Below the pieces are notes generated by a model, which was not told the DNA's origin, made no database searches, and saw only the letters and a program-made list of their open reading frames with translations. A stretch of DNA of 64,000 nucleotides from an uncultured bacterium (GTDB lineage: Bacteria; Desulfobacterota_D; UBA1144; Nemesobacterales; UBA2774), in assembly GCA_963705505.1 (NCBI GenBank), contig CAVPJU010000010.1, forward strand, positions 224,001 through 288,000, written 5' to 3'. Below are positions 1 through 10,100 of this stretch, one piece after another (positions within the stretch are counted from its first letter, which is position 1; every line of letters starts with the position of its first letter). A program made the position numbers and the translations under genes.

Positions 1-240
1 GAGCTCGCACGCGAAGGTCTCAAGGCGGGTTTAAATAAGCTGTCCCCCCGCGAGAAACGCGTCATAGAGCGGAGGTATCTCTCGAACCCGCAGGGTAAAT
101 TGAGAGAGCTCGGGGACGAGCTGGGCATTTCCAAGGAAAGAGTAAGGCAAATAGAAGTTCAGGCTCTTAAAAAGCTGAGAGGCGAGGTCGAGACTTCGGT
201 AACTCAGGGTAACGCATACGATACGGAAAACAGAACATAA
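1..240 (+). CDS. 3' end of a sigma-70-family RNA polymerase sigma factor (region 4), possibly RpoH-like; partial
   Basis: Frame 1 reads ...[17 protein letters not shown]...[28 protein letters not shown]...* (region 4.2 HTH). Its stop is 19 bp before dnaK. RpoH identity is inferred from context only. Confidence 0.8.
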   Translation, partial: ELAREGLKAGLNKLSPREKRVIERRYLSNPQGKLRELGDELGISKERVRQIEVQALKKLRGEVETSVTQGNAYDTENRT

Positions 241-259
241 AGATCAGGAGGCAAAGCAA

Positions 260-2206
260 ATGGCAAAAAGCGGAAAAATAATAGGGATCGACCTCGGAAC
301 GACAAACTCGGTTGTGGCTATAGTCGAAGGCGGAGAGCCGAAGGTAATAATCAACGAAGAGGGGGCGCGGATAACTCCATCGATTGTCGCTTTTACAAAG
401 GACGGCGACATTCTCGTCGGAGGACCGGCTAAGAGACAGGCAGTCGTCAATCCCGAAAACACTATATTCTCGGTAAAGAGACTAATGGGAAGGCGCTACG
501 AAGAAGTAGAGGGCGAAGCCAAGAGACTCCCATACAAAATAGTAAGAACGAAAAACGACGACGCATGGGTAGAGGCCATGGGGAAGCAGTACTCACCGCC
601 TCAGATTTCCTCCCACGTCCTGATGAAATTGAAAAAGGCGGCCGAGGACTACGTCGGCGGCGAGATAAAGGAAGCGGTAATCACTGTACCCGCGTATTTT
701 AACGACAGTCAGAGGCAGGCGACGAAGGACGCCGGCAAAATCGCCGGACTCGAAGTAAAGAGGATCATAAACGAGCCCACGGCAGCCGCGCTGTCATACG
801 GTTTTGACAAAAAGAGCGAGGGTACGATAGCGGTCTATGACCTCGGCGGAGGCACATTCGACATATCGATACTCGAGGTCGGCGACAACGTCATAGAGGT
901 CAAGTCGACGAACGGCGATACGCACCTGGGCGGAGACGACTTCGACAGGCTCATAATGGACTACATAATCAGCGAATTCAAGAAGGAATCGGGCATTGAC
1001 CTCGGAAACGACAAGATGGCCCTTCAGAGGCTGAGACAGGAATCGGAAAAGGCGAAGATAGAGCTTTCAAATACGCTCGAGACCGAGATAAATCTTCCTT
1101 TCATAACCGCGGACGCCGCGGGACCCAAGCACCTTGTAATGAAAATAACACGCTCCAAGTTCGAGCAGCTCATAGAAGACAAGATAAAGGGGACCCTCGA
1201 GCCCTGCCGTCAGGCGCTCAAGGACGCCGGGGTTAAAGCCGGCGACATCGACGAAGTAATCCTCGTCGGCGGATCGACCAGGATACCTCTCGTTCAGAAA
1301 GTCGTCACGGATTTCTTCGGGAAGGAGCCCCACAAGGGCATAAACCCGGACGAAGTCGTAGCGATGGGAGCCGCTATACAGGGCGCGGTACTGGGCGGCG
1401 AGGTAAGGGACGTGCTGCTCCTTGACGTCACCCCGCTTTCGCTGGGTATCGAGACTTTGGGCGGCGTAATGACGAAGATAATCGAAAGGAATACGACTAT
1501 CCCAACAAAAAAGAGCCAGGTATTCACGACCGCTGAAGACAGCCAGACGTCGGTCGAAATCCATGTGCTTCAGGGAGAGCGTCAGATGGCCGGGGACAAC
1601 AGGACCCTTGCGAGGTTCATACTCGACGGCATTCCGCCTTCCGCAAGGGGGATACCTCAGGTCGAAGTGACGTTCGACATCGACGCTGACGGAATCCTCC
1701 ACGTATCCGCAAAGGACCTGGCTACGCAGAAAGAACAGAAGATAAGGGTCGAGGCTTCGAGCGGACTCTCGAAGGACGAGGTCGAGAAAATGGTCAGGGA
1801 CGCCGAGGAGAAATCGGAGGACGACAAGAAGCGCCACGAGCTTGTGGAGAAGAGGAATAAGCTCGACGAGCTCATTTACAGGACGGAAAAGAGCTTTAAG
1901 GAATTTGAAGGCAAGCTGTCCGCCGAAGACAAGAAGGAGCTCGAGGACGCGCTCGAGCAGGGAAGAAGAGCCGTTAAGGGCAACGAGCCCGGCGACATAG
2001 AGGCCGCCACGGAAAAAATAACCCGTGCTTCACATAAGCTTGCGGAGCTGATGTATAAGCAGCAGGCCCAGAGCGGGGCCGGGGCGCAGGAGCCCCAGAC
2101 CGGGACCGACGGGCCGGGTGAGGGACCGGCTGAAGAGGGCGGCCACGAAGGCGAAGAGGGCAAGGACGGCGACGATGTCATAGACGCCGAATTCACCGAA
2201 AAATAA
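260..2206 (+). CDS. dnaK: Molecular chaperone DnaK (copy 1, canonical)
   Basis: [25 protein letters not shown] and GVPQ-like motifs; acidic tail [19 protein letters not shown]. Confidence 0.98.
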   Translation: MAKSGKIIGIDLGTTNSVVAIVEGGEPKVIINEEGARITPSIVAFTKDGDILVGGPAKRQAVVNPENTIFSVKRLMGRRYEEVEGEAKRLPYKIVRTKNDDAWVEAMGKQYSPPQISSHVLMKLKKAAEDYVGGEIKEAVITVPAYFNDSQRQATKDAGKIAGLEVKRIINEPTAAALSYGFDKKSEGTIAVYDLGGGTFDISILEVGDNVIEVKSTNGDTHLGGDDFDRLIMDYIISEFKKESGIDLGNDKMALQRLRQESEKAKIELSNTLETEINLPFITADAAGPKHLVMKITRSKFEQLIEDKIKGTLEPCRQALKDAGVKAGDIDEVILVGGSTRIPLVQKVVTDFFGKEPHKGINPDEVVAMGAAIQGAVLGGEVRDVLLLDVTPLSLGIETLGGVMTKIIERNTTIPTKKSQVFTTAEDSQTSVEIHVLQGERQMAGDNRTLARFILDGIPPSARGIPQVEVTFDIDADGILHVSAKDLATQKEQKIRVEASSGLSKDEVEKMVRDAEEKSEDDKKRHELVEKRNKLDELIYRTEKSFKEFEGKLSAEDKKELEDALEQGRRAVKGNEPGDIEAATEKITRASHKLAELMYKQQAQSGAGAQEPQTGTDGPGEGPAEEGGHEGEEGKDGDDVIDAEFTEK

Positions 2207-2238
2207 GATTATAAGACAGAAGATAAAATTATGAAGAC

Positions 2239-2267
2239 AAAAGGCGGCCGCGTGCCGCTTTTTGTTT
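2239..2267 (+). terminator. Rho-independent terminator after dnaK
   Basis: Stem aaggcggc / gccgcttt with a 5-nt loop followed by a T-rich tract. Confidence 0.7.
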
Positions 2268-2386
2268 GTCCCCCGAACTCAGATACACTCTTGCTCACTT
2301 AACATTTAAATGTTAATTTAGTATTAATAATTCTGGGTTCTATCAAAATAGAAAGCGCTTTGCCCGCAAACAAGGAGGTATTCATA

Positions 2387-2590
2387 ATGAAAGCGGAAAT
2401 CCATCCGGAGTACAAAGACGTCACCATAAGCTGCTCTTGCGGCGCCCAATATAAAACCAGATCCACGCGTTTTGAAGATTTCACGGTAGAGGTCTGCTCC
2501 AACTGTCACCCTTTCTACACAGGGAAGGAAAGGGCGGCTGAGTCCAAGGGCCGGGTCGAAAGGTTCAGAAGGAAATACGCCAAGAACTAG
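2387..2590 (+). CDS. rpmE: 50S ribosomal protein L31 (Zn-binding type)
   Basis: MKAEIHPEY...CSCG...[11 protein letters not shown]...GRVERF; AAGGAGG RBS before the ATG at 2387. Confidence 0.97.
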   Translation: MKAEIHPEYKDVTISCSCGAQYKTRSTRFEDFTVEVCSNCHPFYTGKERAAESKGRVERFRRKYAKN

Positions 2591-2709
2591 ACCTCTCACC
2601 CCGAGAATCAAGAGAAACCATCATATTCAGGGAGTTATTTCAAATAAGGAGACGACAAAGGGCTTTGACGAGAATTTTTGTCAATAACAGACTACGGAGG
2701 TAATCTTCC

Positions 2710-4791
2710 ATGAAGGAGTATGGTAGGGAAAGCATCAGGAATATTGCGCTCGTTGCTCCCCACGGCGCAGGTAAAACTTCTCTAGCCGAAGCACTCTTAT
2801 ATCTCCACGGAGCCACCGAAAAACTGGGAAAAGTAGACGACGGGAGCTCCGTATTGGATTATGAATCCGAAGAAAAACACCGAAGGATGTCGATCAACTC
2901 CCACGTTGCATTCTTCGAGACTAAAAACCACCTCGTAAACCTCATAGACACACCCGGCTTTCTAAACTTCTTATTCGAGGCTGAAAATGCGCTAAAAGTG
3001 GTCGACGGCGCTGTGATAGTGGTCGGAGCCGTCGGAGGCGATGTAGCCGTTCAAATCCGCAAATACTGGGATATGAGCGGTGATATGCCGAAAATCATTT
3101 TCATAAACAAGCTGGAGAAGGAAAACGCGAGCCTGGAGGATACGCTCGCCAGCATCTCGAAGGAACTAAAGGTGAAGCTGCTCCCCCTTACTCTCCCCAT
3201 AGGCCAGAACCACGATTTCAAGGGTGTTATCGAGCTTATCGAAATGAAGGCATATAAGTACGGCGGCTCGGTGAATTTTGAGGAGATCCCTATCCCCGGA
3301 GACCTCGAAGATGCGGCCAGATCGCAGAGGGAAAAAATCATCGAGTCAGTCGCGGAGCTCGACGACGAGCTGCTCGAAAAATATCTCGAAGGGGAGCCGA
3401 TAGACGAGCAAAAGATCATCAAAATGCTTCACGAAGGGATACTCGACGCAAAGATATTCCCGGTCTTCATAGGCTCTGCGACGCATTTGATAGGAATAAA
3501 TTTACTGAGCGACGCGATCACGAAATATCTCCCCTCGCCGGTCGAGCGAAAGACGATATCGGGCATAAGCCCCGTCGGCGAAAAGGTCGAAAGAGCGCCG
3601 AGCGAAAAAGAACCCTTCACGGCATACATATTTAAAACCATATCCGACCCCTATGCGGGGAAGATCTCCATCTTCAGGGTCTTTTCAGGCTCACTCAACG
3701 GAGACACGGGTACGTACAACTCGACAAAGAGAATAAAAGAGAAGCTCGGCCACCTTCACAGGCTGGTCGGCAAGAAGGAATTCCCCTTCAGCCCGGCGGT
3801 ATGCGGCGATATTGTCGCGGTCAATAAACTGAAGGACGCATCGACGGGCGACACGCTGACCGACGAATCCCATCAGATCGTCATCCCTCCTGCGGAGCTG
3901 CCCCCGGCCGTCCTTTCATACGCTATCGAGCCCAAGACCAGGAACGACGAGGACAAGCTGAACCCCTCGCTGGCAAAGATTCAGGAAGAGGACCCGACGA
4001 TCCATTACCGCCTTGACGAAGAGACAAAGGAGTTCCTGCTTTCGGGAACCGGACAGTCCCATGTAGAGGTCACGGTCAACAAACTGAGAGACACATACGG
4101 GGTTAACGTCGAGCTCAAGACGCCCAGGGTCCCCTATAAGGAGACAGTAAAAGGGAAGGCCAAGGCGGAGGGCAAATACATAAAACAGACGGGCGGCAGG
4201 GGTCAGTACGGAGACGCATGGATTGAGGTGGAGGCGCTGCCGAGAGGGAAGGGTTTCGAATTCGTCAACAACATAGTGGGCGGCGCAATACCCAAGAACT
4301 TCATACCGTCCGTCGAAAAGGGCGTGATCGAGGCCATGAAGAAGGGTGTGGCATCGGGCTATCCCGTCGTGGACGTGAAGGTCACGCTCTTTGACGGGAA
4401 GTACCATCCGGTCGACTCGTCCGACATTGCTTTTCAGATAGCGGGCTCTATGGGGTTCAGGAAGGCAATGGAGGGGGCGAAGCCCGTCATCCTCGAGCCC
4501 ATCATGAAAATGGAAATAACGGTGCCTGATGAGTGTATGGGTGATGTCATAGGGGACGTAAACTCGAGGAGGGGAAAGGTTTCAGGGGTCGACTCGCTTG
4601 CCGGAACGCACCAGGTCCGGGCGCTCATTCCGATGTCGGAAGTCCTGACCTATGCGCCCGAGCTAAGGTCTATTACGAGCGGAAGGGGAACGTTCAGCAT
4701 GGATTTCTCCCATTATGAAGAGGTCCCAGACCATATTGCCGGAAAAATAATAGAAGAATCAGGCGTGTCCAAGGCCGCGGCAGAACATTAA
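2710..4791 (+). CDS. fusA: Elongation factor G paralog (EF-G2 / EF-G-like), outside the str operon
   Basis: Five-domain EF-G layout with DTPG, KQTGGRGQYG, HPVDSS and GDVIGDVNSRRG; divergent G1 (APHGAGKT) and switch I (RRMSI). Confidence 0.9.
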   Translation: MKEYGRESIRNIALVAPHGAGKTSLAEALLYLHGATEKLGKVDDGSSVLDYESEEKHRRMSINSHVAFFETKNHLVNLIDTPGFLNFLFEAENALKVVDGAVIVVGAVGGDVAVQIRKYWDMSGDMPKIIFINKLEKENASLEDTLASISKELKVKLLPLTLPIGQNHDFKGVIELIEMKAYKYGGSVNFEEIPIPGDLEDAARSQREKIIESVAELDDELLEKYLEGEPIDEQKIIKMLHEGILDAKIFPVFIGSATHLIGINLLSDAITKYLPSPVERKTISGISPVGEKVERAPSEKEPFTAYIFKTISDPYAGKISIFRVFSGSLNGDTGTYNSTKRIKEKLGHLHRLVGKKEFPFSPAVCGDIVAVNKLKDASTGDTLTDESHQIVIPPAELPPAVLSYAIEPKTRNDEDKLNPSLAKIQEEDPTIHYRLDEETKEFLLSGTGQSHVEVTVNKLRDTYGVNVELKTPRVPYKETVKGKAKAEGKYIKQTGGRGQYGDAWIEVEALPRGKGFEFVNNIVGGAIPKNFIPSVEKGVIEAMKKGVASGYPVVDVKVTLFDGKYHPVDSSDIAFQIAGSMGFRKAMEGAKPVILEPIMKMEITVPDECMGDVIGDVNSRRGKVSGVDSLAGTHQVRALIPMSEVLTYAPELRSITSGRGTFSMDFSHYEEVPDHIAGKIIEESGVSKAAAEH

Positions 4792-5017
4792 TATCCGGCT
4801 ACTTCGATTACCCCCGTGTTCCGCGTGAACCGCAAAGGGAATAATAACGGTACGAGATTTACCCCGTAGTTCTTTAACTTTGCCTGATTTTAACCTTTCA
4901 TTCCTGACTAAATCGGGTATATAATTATGATACGTCCGGGATTTCCGCTGCTATACACGGAATTTGAATAAGACCCCGCATTACAGATAAGCTCAAATAC
5001 ATTAATAAGACAAGAAT

Positions 5018-5944
5018 TTGCGAATAGCATCGATAGATATAGGAACCAATACGTTCAGACTGCTGGTTTCGGAAGCGGACAAGGGCACCGCCTTGAAAAA
5101 ACTCTACGTAGGACGGGAAATCACCCGCCTCGGCGAGGGTCTTCACGGGGACGAAAAGCTGATAAACCCCAAAGCGATCGAAAGGTCTTTGAAAGCCCTC
5201 TGCGGTTTCTCAATGAAAATAAAAGAATACGATGTCGGGACACTCAGGGCGGTCGCTACGAGCGCTGTCAGGGAATCGCTCAACGGGCTCGATTTCGTAA
5301 AATTAGTTAAAGAAGAAACAGGCATACCCGTAGACGTTATATCGGGCGATGAAGAGGCCAGGCTTACAGTCAGGGGGGTCCTCAACTCGGTCAGGTTCGA
5401 TACGCCCGACTGTCTGATATTCGACATCGGGGGCGGCAGCACTGAGTATGTATATGTGAAGGAGGGCGGGATCGCCGATATTTCGAGCACGGGTCTCGGA
5501 GTCGTCCGTCTTACCGAACAATACCTGAATCATGATATCGATACCGACTCCGACTTAGCTTTACTCGGCGCACACGTAGACGAGTTATTGAACGAGGGAC
5601 TCGCTTCCTTCCCCCGCCCGGACCGAAAGAGCCTCACGGTCATCGGGACTGCCGGGACCCCGACGACACTAGCGTCCATAGAGATGCGTCTGACCCCTTA
5701 CAACCCCTCACTTGTAAACAATTTTATTCTCGCTCGGGGGGCGATCGAGCGGATATTGAGCACACTCGTGAAAATCCCCAAGTCCGAGCGGATAAAAGTC
5801 CCGGGCCTCGAGAAGGGCAGAGAGGACCTCATCATCGCAGGCACCCTGATAGTGCTTAAAACAATGGAACGATTTTCCTCGGGCAGCATGGTGGTCAGCG
5901 ACGCCGGGCTCCTGGAAGGGGTCGCATATAACCTTATTAGCTGA
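5018..5944 (+). CDS. Ppx/GppA family phosphatase (short form)
   Basis: ASIDIGTNTFRLL, ATSAVRE, ISGDEEARL, DIGGGSTE and GLLEG motifs. Confidence 0.92.
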   Translation: MRIASIDIGTNTFRLLVSEADKGTALKKLYVGREITRLGEGLHGDEKLINPKAIERSLKALCGFSMKIKEYDVGTLRAVATSAVRESLNGLDFVKLVKEETGIPVDVISGDEEARLTVRGVLNSVRFDTPDCLIFDIGGGSTEYVYVKEGGIADISSTGLGVVRLTEQYLNHDIDTDSDLALLGAHVDELLNEGLASFPRPDRKSLTVIGTAGTPTTLASIEMRLTPYNPSLVNNFILARGAIERILSTLVKIPKSERIKVPGLEKGREDLIIAGTLIVLKTMERFSSGSMVVSDAGLLEGVAYNLIS

Positions 5945-5993
5945 GCGATCCGGCATAACTATATGGGAATAAAGAATCTTTAACCCGCTCACG

Positions 5994-6022
5994 TTGACAA
6001 ATTATTGAGGCGTTATTATATT
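5994..6022 (+). promoter_or_regulatory. Putative sigma-70 promoter for grpE-dnaK-dnaJ
   Basis: TTGACA-N17-TATATT. Confidence 0.6.
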
Positions 6023-6159
6023 TTGCATGAGGATTTTAAGATAACTTTCCTCTACCGCAAAAATATCTATACAACGGCATAAGCGGACACCTGAGAGAAG
6101 AGCTATAATTATATTTGGATCGTGCACGCTTACAGGTCGGTATTAACCAGGAGGTAACA

Positions 6160-6813
6160 ATGAATCCGAACGACAACGATGAAAAGGAAGGAGATATTGA
6201 ATTGAAGGAAAACGGGGGCGATTACTTAGAGGACGACGCAGAGAACACGAAAGCAGACAAAGAGAACCGCAGCAGCGAAGCAAAGGACTATCAGGAGCTC
6301 TACCAGAAATATCTGAGACTCGCGGCTGATTTTGAGAACTATAAAAAAAGGCTGGCAAAGGAAAAAGCGGACGTTATAGCATACGGGAACGAGGAGCTTA
6401 TAAAGGCGCTTCTCAATGTACTGGACAACCTGGAGCGCGCGCTCGATCATGCGGACACCAAGGAAGACCCCAAACCTCTCATCGAAGGGGTGAAGCTCGT
6501 CCACAAGCAGTTCCTGAGCTGCCTCGAAAAGTTCGGCGTCCAGTACGTCGACGCTTCCCCCGGACAGAATTTCGATCCGAGGCTCCACCAGGCTATAGAG
6601 CGCGTGGAATCCCCCGACTTTACGCCCGGACTCATCATATCGGAAATGCTCCGCGGATACATGCTGAAGGACAGGCTCCTGAGACCCGCCCTTGTCGTCG
6701 TATCCAAAGGTCCGAACAATGCAGGAGATGCCGACCAAAACACCGGGAGCAATGGAGCCGGCAGAGACGCCTCAGGGGACGTATTCGATTTAACGGACGA
6801 TGAATCTAAATAA
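6160..6813 (+). CDS. grpE: Nucleotide exchange factor GrpE
   Basis: YLRLAADFENYKKR, LDNLERAL, FDPRLHQA and GYMLKDRLLRPALVVV; GGAGG RBS before the ATG at 6160. Confidence 0.96.
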   Translation: MNPNDNDEKEGDIELKENGGDYLEDDAENTKADKENRSSEAKDYQELYQKYLRLAADFENYKKRLAKEKADVIAYGNEELIKALLNVLDNLERALDHADTKEDPKPLIEGVKLVHKQFLSCLEKFGVQYVDASPGQNFDPRLHQAIERVESPDFTPGLIISEMLRGYMLKDRLLRPALVVVSKGPNNAGDADQNTGSNGAGRDASGDVFDLTDDESK

Positions 6814-6831
6814 GATTAACGGAAGACAAAC

Positions 6832-8661
6832 ATGGCGATAGTAGGAATTGACCTTGGAACCACAAACTCATGCGTTGCGATCATAGAGGGCGGGAGCCCG
6901 GTTGTCATACCGAACGAAGAGGGGAGCAGAGTGACTCCCTCGGTCGTGGCTTTCACGGAGGACAACAGCCGGTTCGCCGGCGCCGTGGCCAAGAGGCAGG
7001 CGGTGGTAAACCCCACTACGACGATCTTCGGTGTGAAGCGGCTCGTAGGAAGACGCTTTGACTCTCCCGAAGTCCAGAAGGCAAAGGGAATAGTCCCCTA
7101 CGATATAATCCCCAACGAATCCGGCGACGCATGGATAGAGACCAACTCCAGAACATACAGTCCTCAGGAGATATCATCCATAGTCCTTTCAAAAATGAAG
7201 CAGGTGGCGGAAGAATACCTCGGATACGAGGTGACGGACGCCGTGATCACTGTGCCCGCGCATTTCAACGACCTCCAGCGGCAGGCGACAAAGGATGCGG
7301 GCAGGATAGCCGGCCTCAACGTGAGGCGTATAATAAACGAGCCCACGGCAGCCGCGCTCGCCTACGGCTTCGATAAAATCGTAAACAGAAGGATTGCAGT
7401 TTTCGACCTCGGCGGCGGCACTTTCGATATAACCATACTGGAAATAGCAAACGGTGTATTCGAGGTAAAATCCACGAGCGGCGATACGTTCCTGGGGGGA
7501 GACGATTTCGACCAGATGCTCATAGAGCTCGTGCTCGAGGACTTTAAAAAACAGCACGATATCGACCTGAGGGAAGACAAAATGGCCCTTCAGAGGATAA
7601 GGGAGACGTGTGAAAAGGCTAAGCACGAGCTTTCGTCCATACTCGAGACGACGATAAACCTCCCGTTCATAGCAGTGGACCAGACTGGCCCCAAGCACCT
7701 CAATTACAAAATCACCAGGGATGAGTTCGAGCACCTTGTCAGGGAACTCGTGGACAGAGTGGAAATCCCCTGCAGGCAGGCGATTCAGGACGCGAGGCTC
7801 GACCCTTCGGAAATCGACGAAGTCGTTCTCGTCGGGGGAATGACGAGGATGCCGAAAATTCAGGAAAAAGTCAGGGAAATATTCAAGAAAGAGCCTCAGA
7901 CGCGGATAAACCCGGAAGAAGTGGTGGCCATAGGGGCCTCGATACAGGGAGGCGTGCTCGAAGGAAAGGTTGAGGAAGTACTGCTTCTGGACGTCGTGCC
8001 ACTCTCTCTCGGAGTGGAGACAAGGGGCGGCCTCTTCACGAAAATCATAGAAAGGAACACCACCATACCGACAAAAAGAAGCAGGGTATTCACGACCGCT
8101 TTCGACAACCAGGAGTTTGTCGGGATACATGTGCTCCAGGGCGAAAGGGAGCTCGTCGACACCAATATCTCGCTTGCGAACTTCAACCTCATAGGCATCC
8201 CGCCCGCGCCGAGAGGCATACCCCAGATCGAAGTGTCCTTCGAAGTGGATGCGGACGGGATTCTGCACGTATCCGCAAAAGACCTCGGCACCGGCAAGAA
8301 GCAGGCGATACAGGTTGTAACCTCGGGCGGGTTATCGGATGAAGAGATACAGAAGATAATTGAAGAGAGCAAAACAAGCTCGGATGCGGACAGGAAGCGG
8401 AAAGACCTCGCACTGCTTAAAAACGAGGCCGAAGGACTCCTTTATTCAGTCAAGAGAACTCTCGACTCCTATGGGGACAAAGTGGATTCAGAGCTCAGAG
8501 AAGCTATCGAACAATCCGTCGAGAAGATGAGCGAGGCTCTCTCGGGCACGGATTATTCTAACATCAAGGACGTATTCGATCAGCTGAAGGAGGCTTCCTA
8601 TAAATTCGCCGAGGTTATATACTCAAGACAGGACAAAGGTACGGAAACACACCAGCAGTGA
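6832..8661 (+). CDS. dnaK: Molecular chaperone DnaK (copy 2, divergent paralog in the grpE-dnaK-dnaJ operon)
   Basis: [26 protein letters not shown] and GIPQIEV; short C-terminus lacking the DAEF tail. Confidence 0.96.
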   Translation: MAIVGIDLGTTNSCVAIIEGGSPVVIPNEEGSRVTPSVVAFTEDNSRFAGAVAKRQAVVNPTTTIFGVKRLVGRRFDSPEVQKAKGIVPYDIIPNESGDAWIETNSRTYSPQEISSIVLSKMKQVAEEYLGYEVTDAVITVPAHFNDLQRQATKDAGRIAGLNVRRIINEPTAAALAYGFDKIVNRRIAVFDLGGGTFDITILEIANGVFEVKSTSGDTFLGGDDFDQMLIELVLEDFKKQHDIDLREDKMALQRIRETCEKAKHELSSILETTINLPFIAVDQTGPKHLNYKITRDEFEHLVRELVDRVEIPCRQAIQDARLDPSEIDEVVLVGGMTRMPKIQEKVREIFKKEPQTRINPEEVVAIGASIQGGVLEGKVEEVLLLDVVPLSLGVETRGGLFTKIIERNTTIPTKRSRVFTTAFDNQEFVGIHVLQGERELVDTNISLANFNLIGIPPAPRGIPQIEVSFEVDADGILHVSAKDLGTGKKQAIQVVTSGGLSDEEIQKIIEESKTSSDADRKRKDLALLKNEAEGLLYSVKRTLDSYGDKVDSELREAIEQSVEKMSEALSGTDYSNIKDVFDQLKEASYKFAEVIYSRQDKGTETHQQ

Positions 8662-8689
8662 ATAATTACTTTGTACGGACGCATTATTA

Positions 8690-9784
8690 ATGACCAGTAT
8701 CGATTACTATGAGATCTTACAAATCGAGCGCAGCTCCACAGGAGAGGAAATAAAAAGGTCGTACAAGCGACTGGCATTTGAATTCCATCCCGACAGGAAC
8801 CCCGGCAACCCCGAAGCCGAAGAAAGATTCAAGAAAATAAACGAAGCCTATCAGGTGCTGAGCGACCCCGACAAAAGGGCGCGCTATGACAGCTTCGGGC
8901 ATATATCGGCCGAAGGGATATTCTCGGACGTCGATTTCGAGGCGGGCTTCAGCGATATTTTCGGAAACCTGTTCGAAGAGGTCTTCAGCGCCGGCGGCCG
9001 GGAGAGGGCCCAGAGAGGGAGAGACCTTAAATACGCGCTCGAGCTCAGTTTCGAGGAATCGATAGAGGGGTGCGAGAAGGAGCTCAAAATTCCGAGGCGC
9101 GAAATGTGCCCCGAGTGCAGGGGCAGCGGCGCGGCCCGCGGAGGCGAAGTCATCTGTTCCGGCTGCAGCGGCAGAGGAGAGCTCAAATACTCTCAAGGGC
9201 TCTTCGCAATTAAAAGGACGTGCCCGTCCTGCGGCGGGACGGGGAAGAGGATCACAAAGCCCTGTGTCCAGTGCCGCAGCGAGAGATACATCGTATCCGA
9301 ACACGACGTAAGAGTGAAGGTGCCCGCAGGGATATCGGACGGCGTGAGGCTCCGGATGCGCGGGGAAGGGGACAGCGGTTACCTCGGGGGACCGAGCGGA
9401 GACCTCTACATCGAAATACACGTCGAGGAGCATCCGCTTTTCAGGAGGGAAGGTCAGGACCTCCACTGCAACGTGCCGATAGAATTCGTCAAGGCGGCCC
9501 TCGGCGACGAAATAGAGATACCGACCCCTAAAGGGAAGAGCACGATAAAAATCCCGGCGGGGACACAGTCGGGCCAAACGTTCAGGCTCAAAGGTAAGGG
9601 CGTCCCGAGACTCGAAGGCAAAGGGCACGGCGACCTCTACATACAGGTGCAGGTGGAAGTCCCCGTAAAGCTCAATAAAAAGCAGCAGCTTTTACTCGAA
9701 GAGTTCGCCAGGGTAAGCGCAGAGGAAAACGTCCCGATGGTCAAAAGGTTCGTATCGAAGCTTCACGAAATCCTAAACAAGTGA
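8690..9784 (+). CDS. dnaJ: Chaperone DnaJ
   Basis: J-domain HPD motif, four CxxC repeats (fourth CVQCRSER), C-terminal GDLY repeats. Confidence 0.96.
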   Translation: MTSIDYYEILQIERSSTGEEIKRSYKRLAFEFHPDRNPGNPEAEERFKKINEAYQVLSDPDKRARYDSFGHISAEGIFSDVDFEAGFSDIFGNLFEEVFSAGGRERAQRGRDLKYALELSFEESIEGCEKELKIPRREMCPECRGSGAARGGEVICSGCSGRGELKYSQGLFAIKRTCPSCGGTGKRITKPCVQCRSERYIVSEHDVRVKVPAGISDGVRLRMRGEGDSGYLGGPSGDLYIEIHVEEHPLFRREGQDLHCNVPIEFVKAALGDEIEIPTPKGKSTIKIPAGTQSGQTFRLKGKGVPRLEGKGHGDLYIQVQVEVPVKLNKKQQLLLEEFARVSAEENVPMVKRFVSKLHEILNK

Positions 9785-9824
9785 TATGGAGAATTATTCT
9801 CCACACGGCCGTTTAAGCCTCTGA

Positions 9825-10100
9825 TCAATACCCGCCGGCAATAGCGGGAATGATCGAAACGATATCGCCTTCCTTAAGAGCTGTTTCCTTCCCGTTTAAA
9901 AACCTTATATCTTCGTTGTTGACGTACAGGTTTATGAATCTTCTGACGTTACCCGATTCATCGCACAGCCTGGTCTTAATGCCGGGAAACTGGTTTTCCA
10001 TCTCGTCTATCAGCTGGCCGACGTTAGCGGCGCTGATGTTGACCTCGTCCTTCTCGGAAGTCAGCTTTCTAAGCGGTGTTGGAATGCGAACAGAGGGCAT
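9825..10100 (-). CDS. MoaD/ThiS family ubiquitin-like sulfur carrier (CysO-like)
   Basis: VRIPTPLR...[16 protein letters not shown]...IIPAIAGGY. Confidence 0.9.
   Translation of the reverse strand: MPSVRIPTPLRKLTSEKDEVNISAANVGQLIDEMENQFPGIKTRLCDESGNVRRFINLYVNNEDIRFLNGKETALKEGDIVSIIPAIAGGY

Noticed and set aside
2199..2242. Imperfect ~20-nt tandem duplication around the dnaK stop
   Set aside because: Two degenerate AT-rich copies only; most likely slippage.
5945..6159. CIRCE element or sigma-32 promoter upstream of grpE
   Set aside because: No TTAGCACTC-N9-GAGTGCTAA and no clear CTTGAA..CCCCAT match.
1067..8372. Long antisense ORFs over dnaK copies, and similar ones over dnaJ and aceE
   Set aside because: Shadow ORFs caused by codon bias of conserved sense-strand genes; no recognisable motifs.
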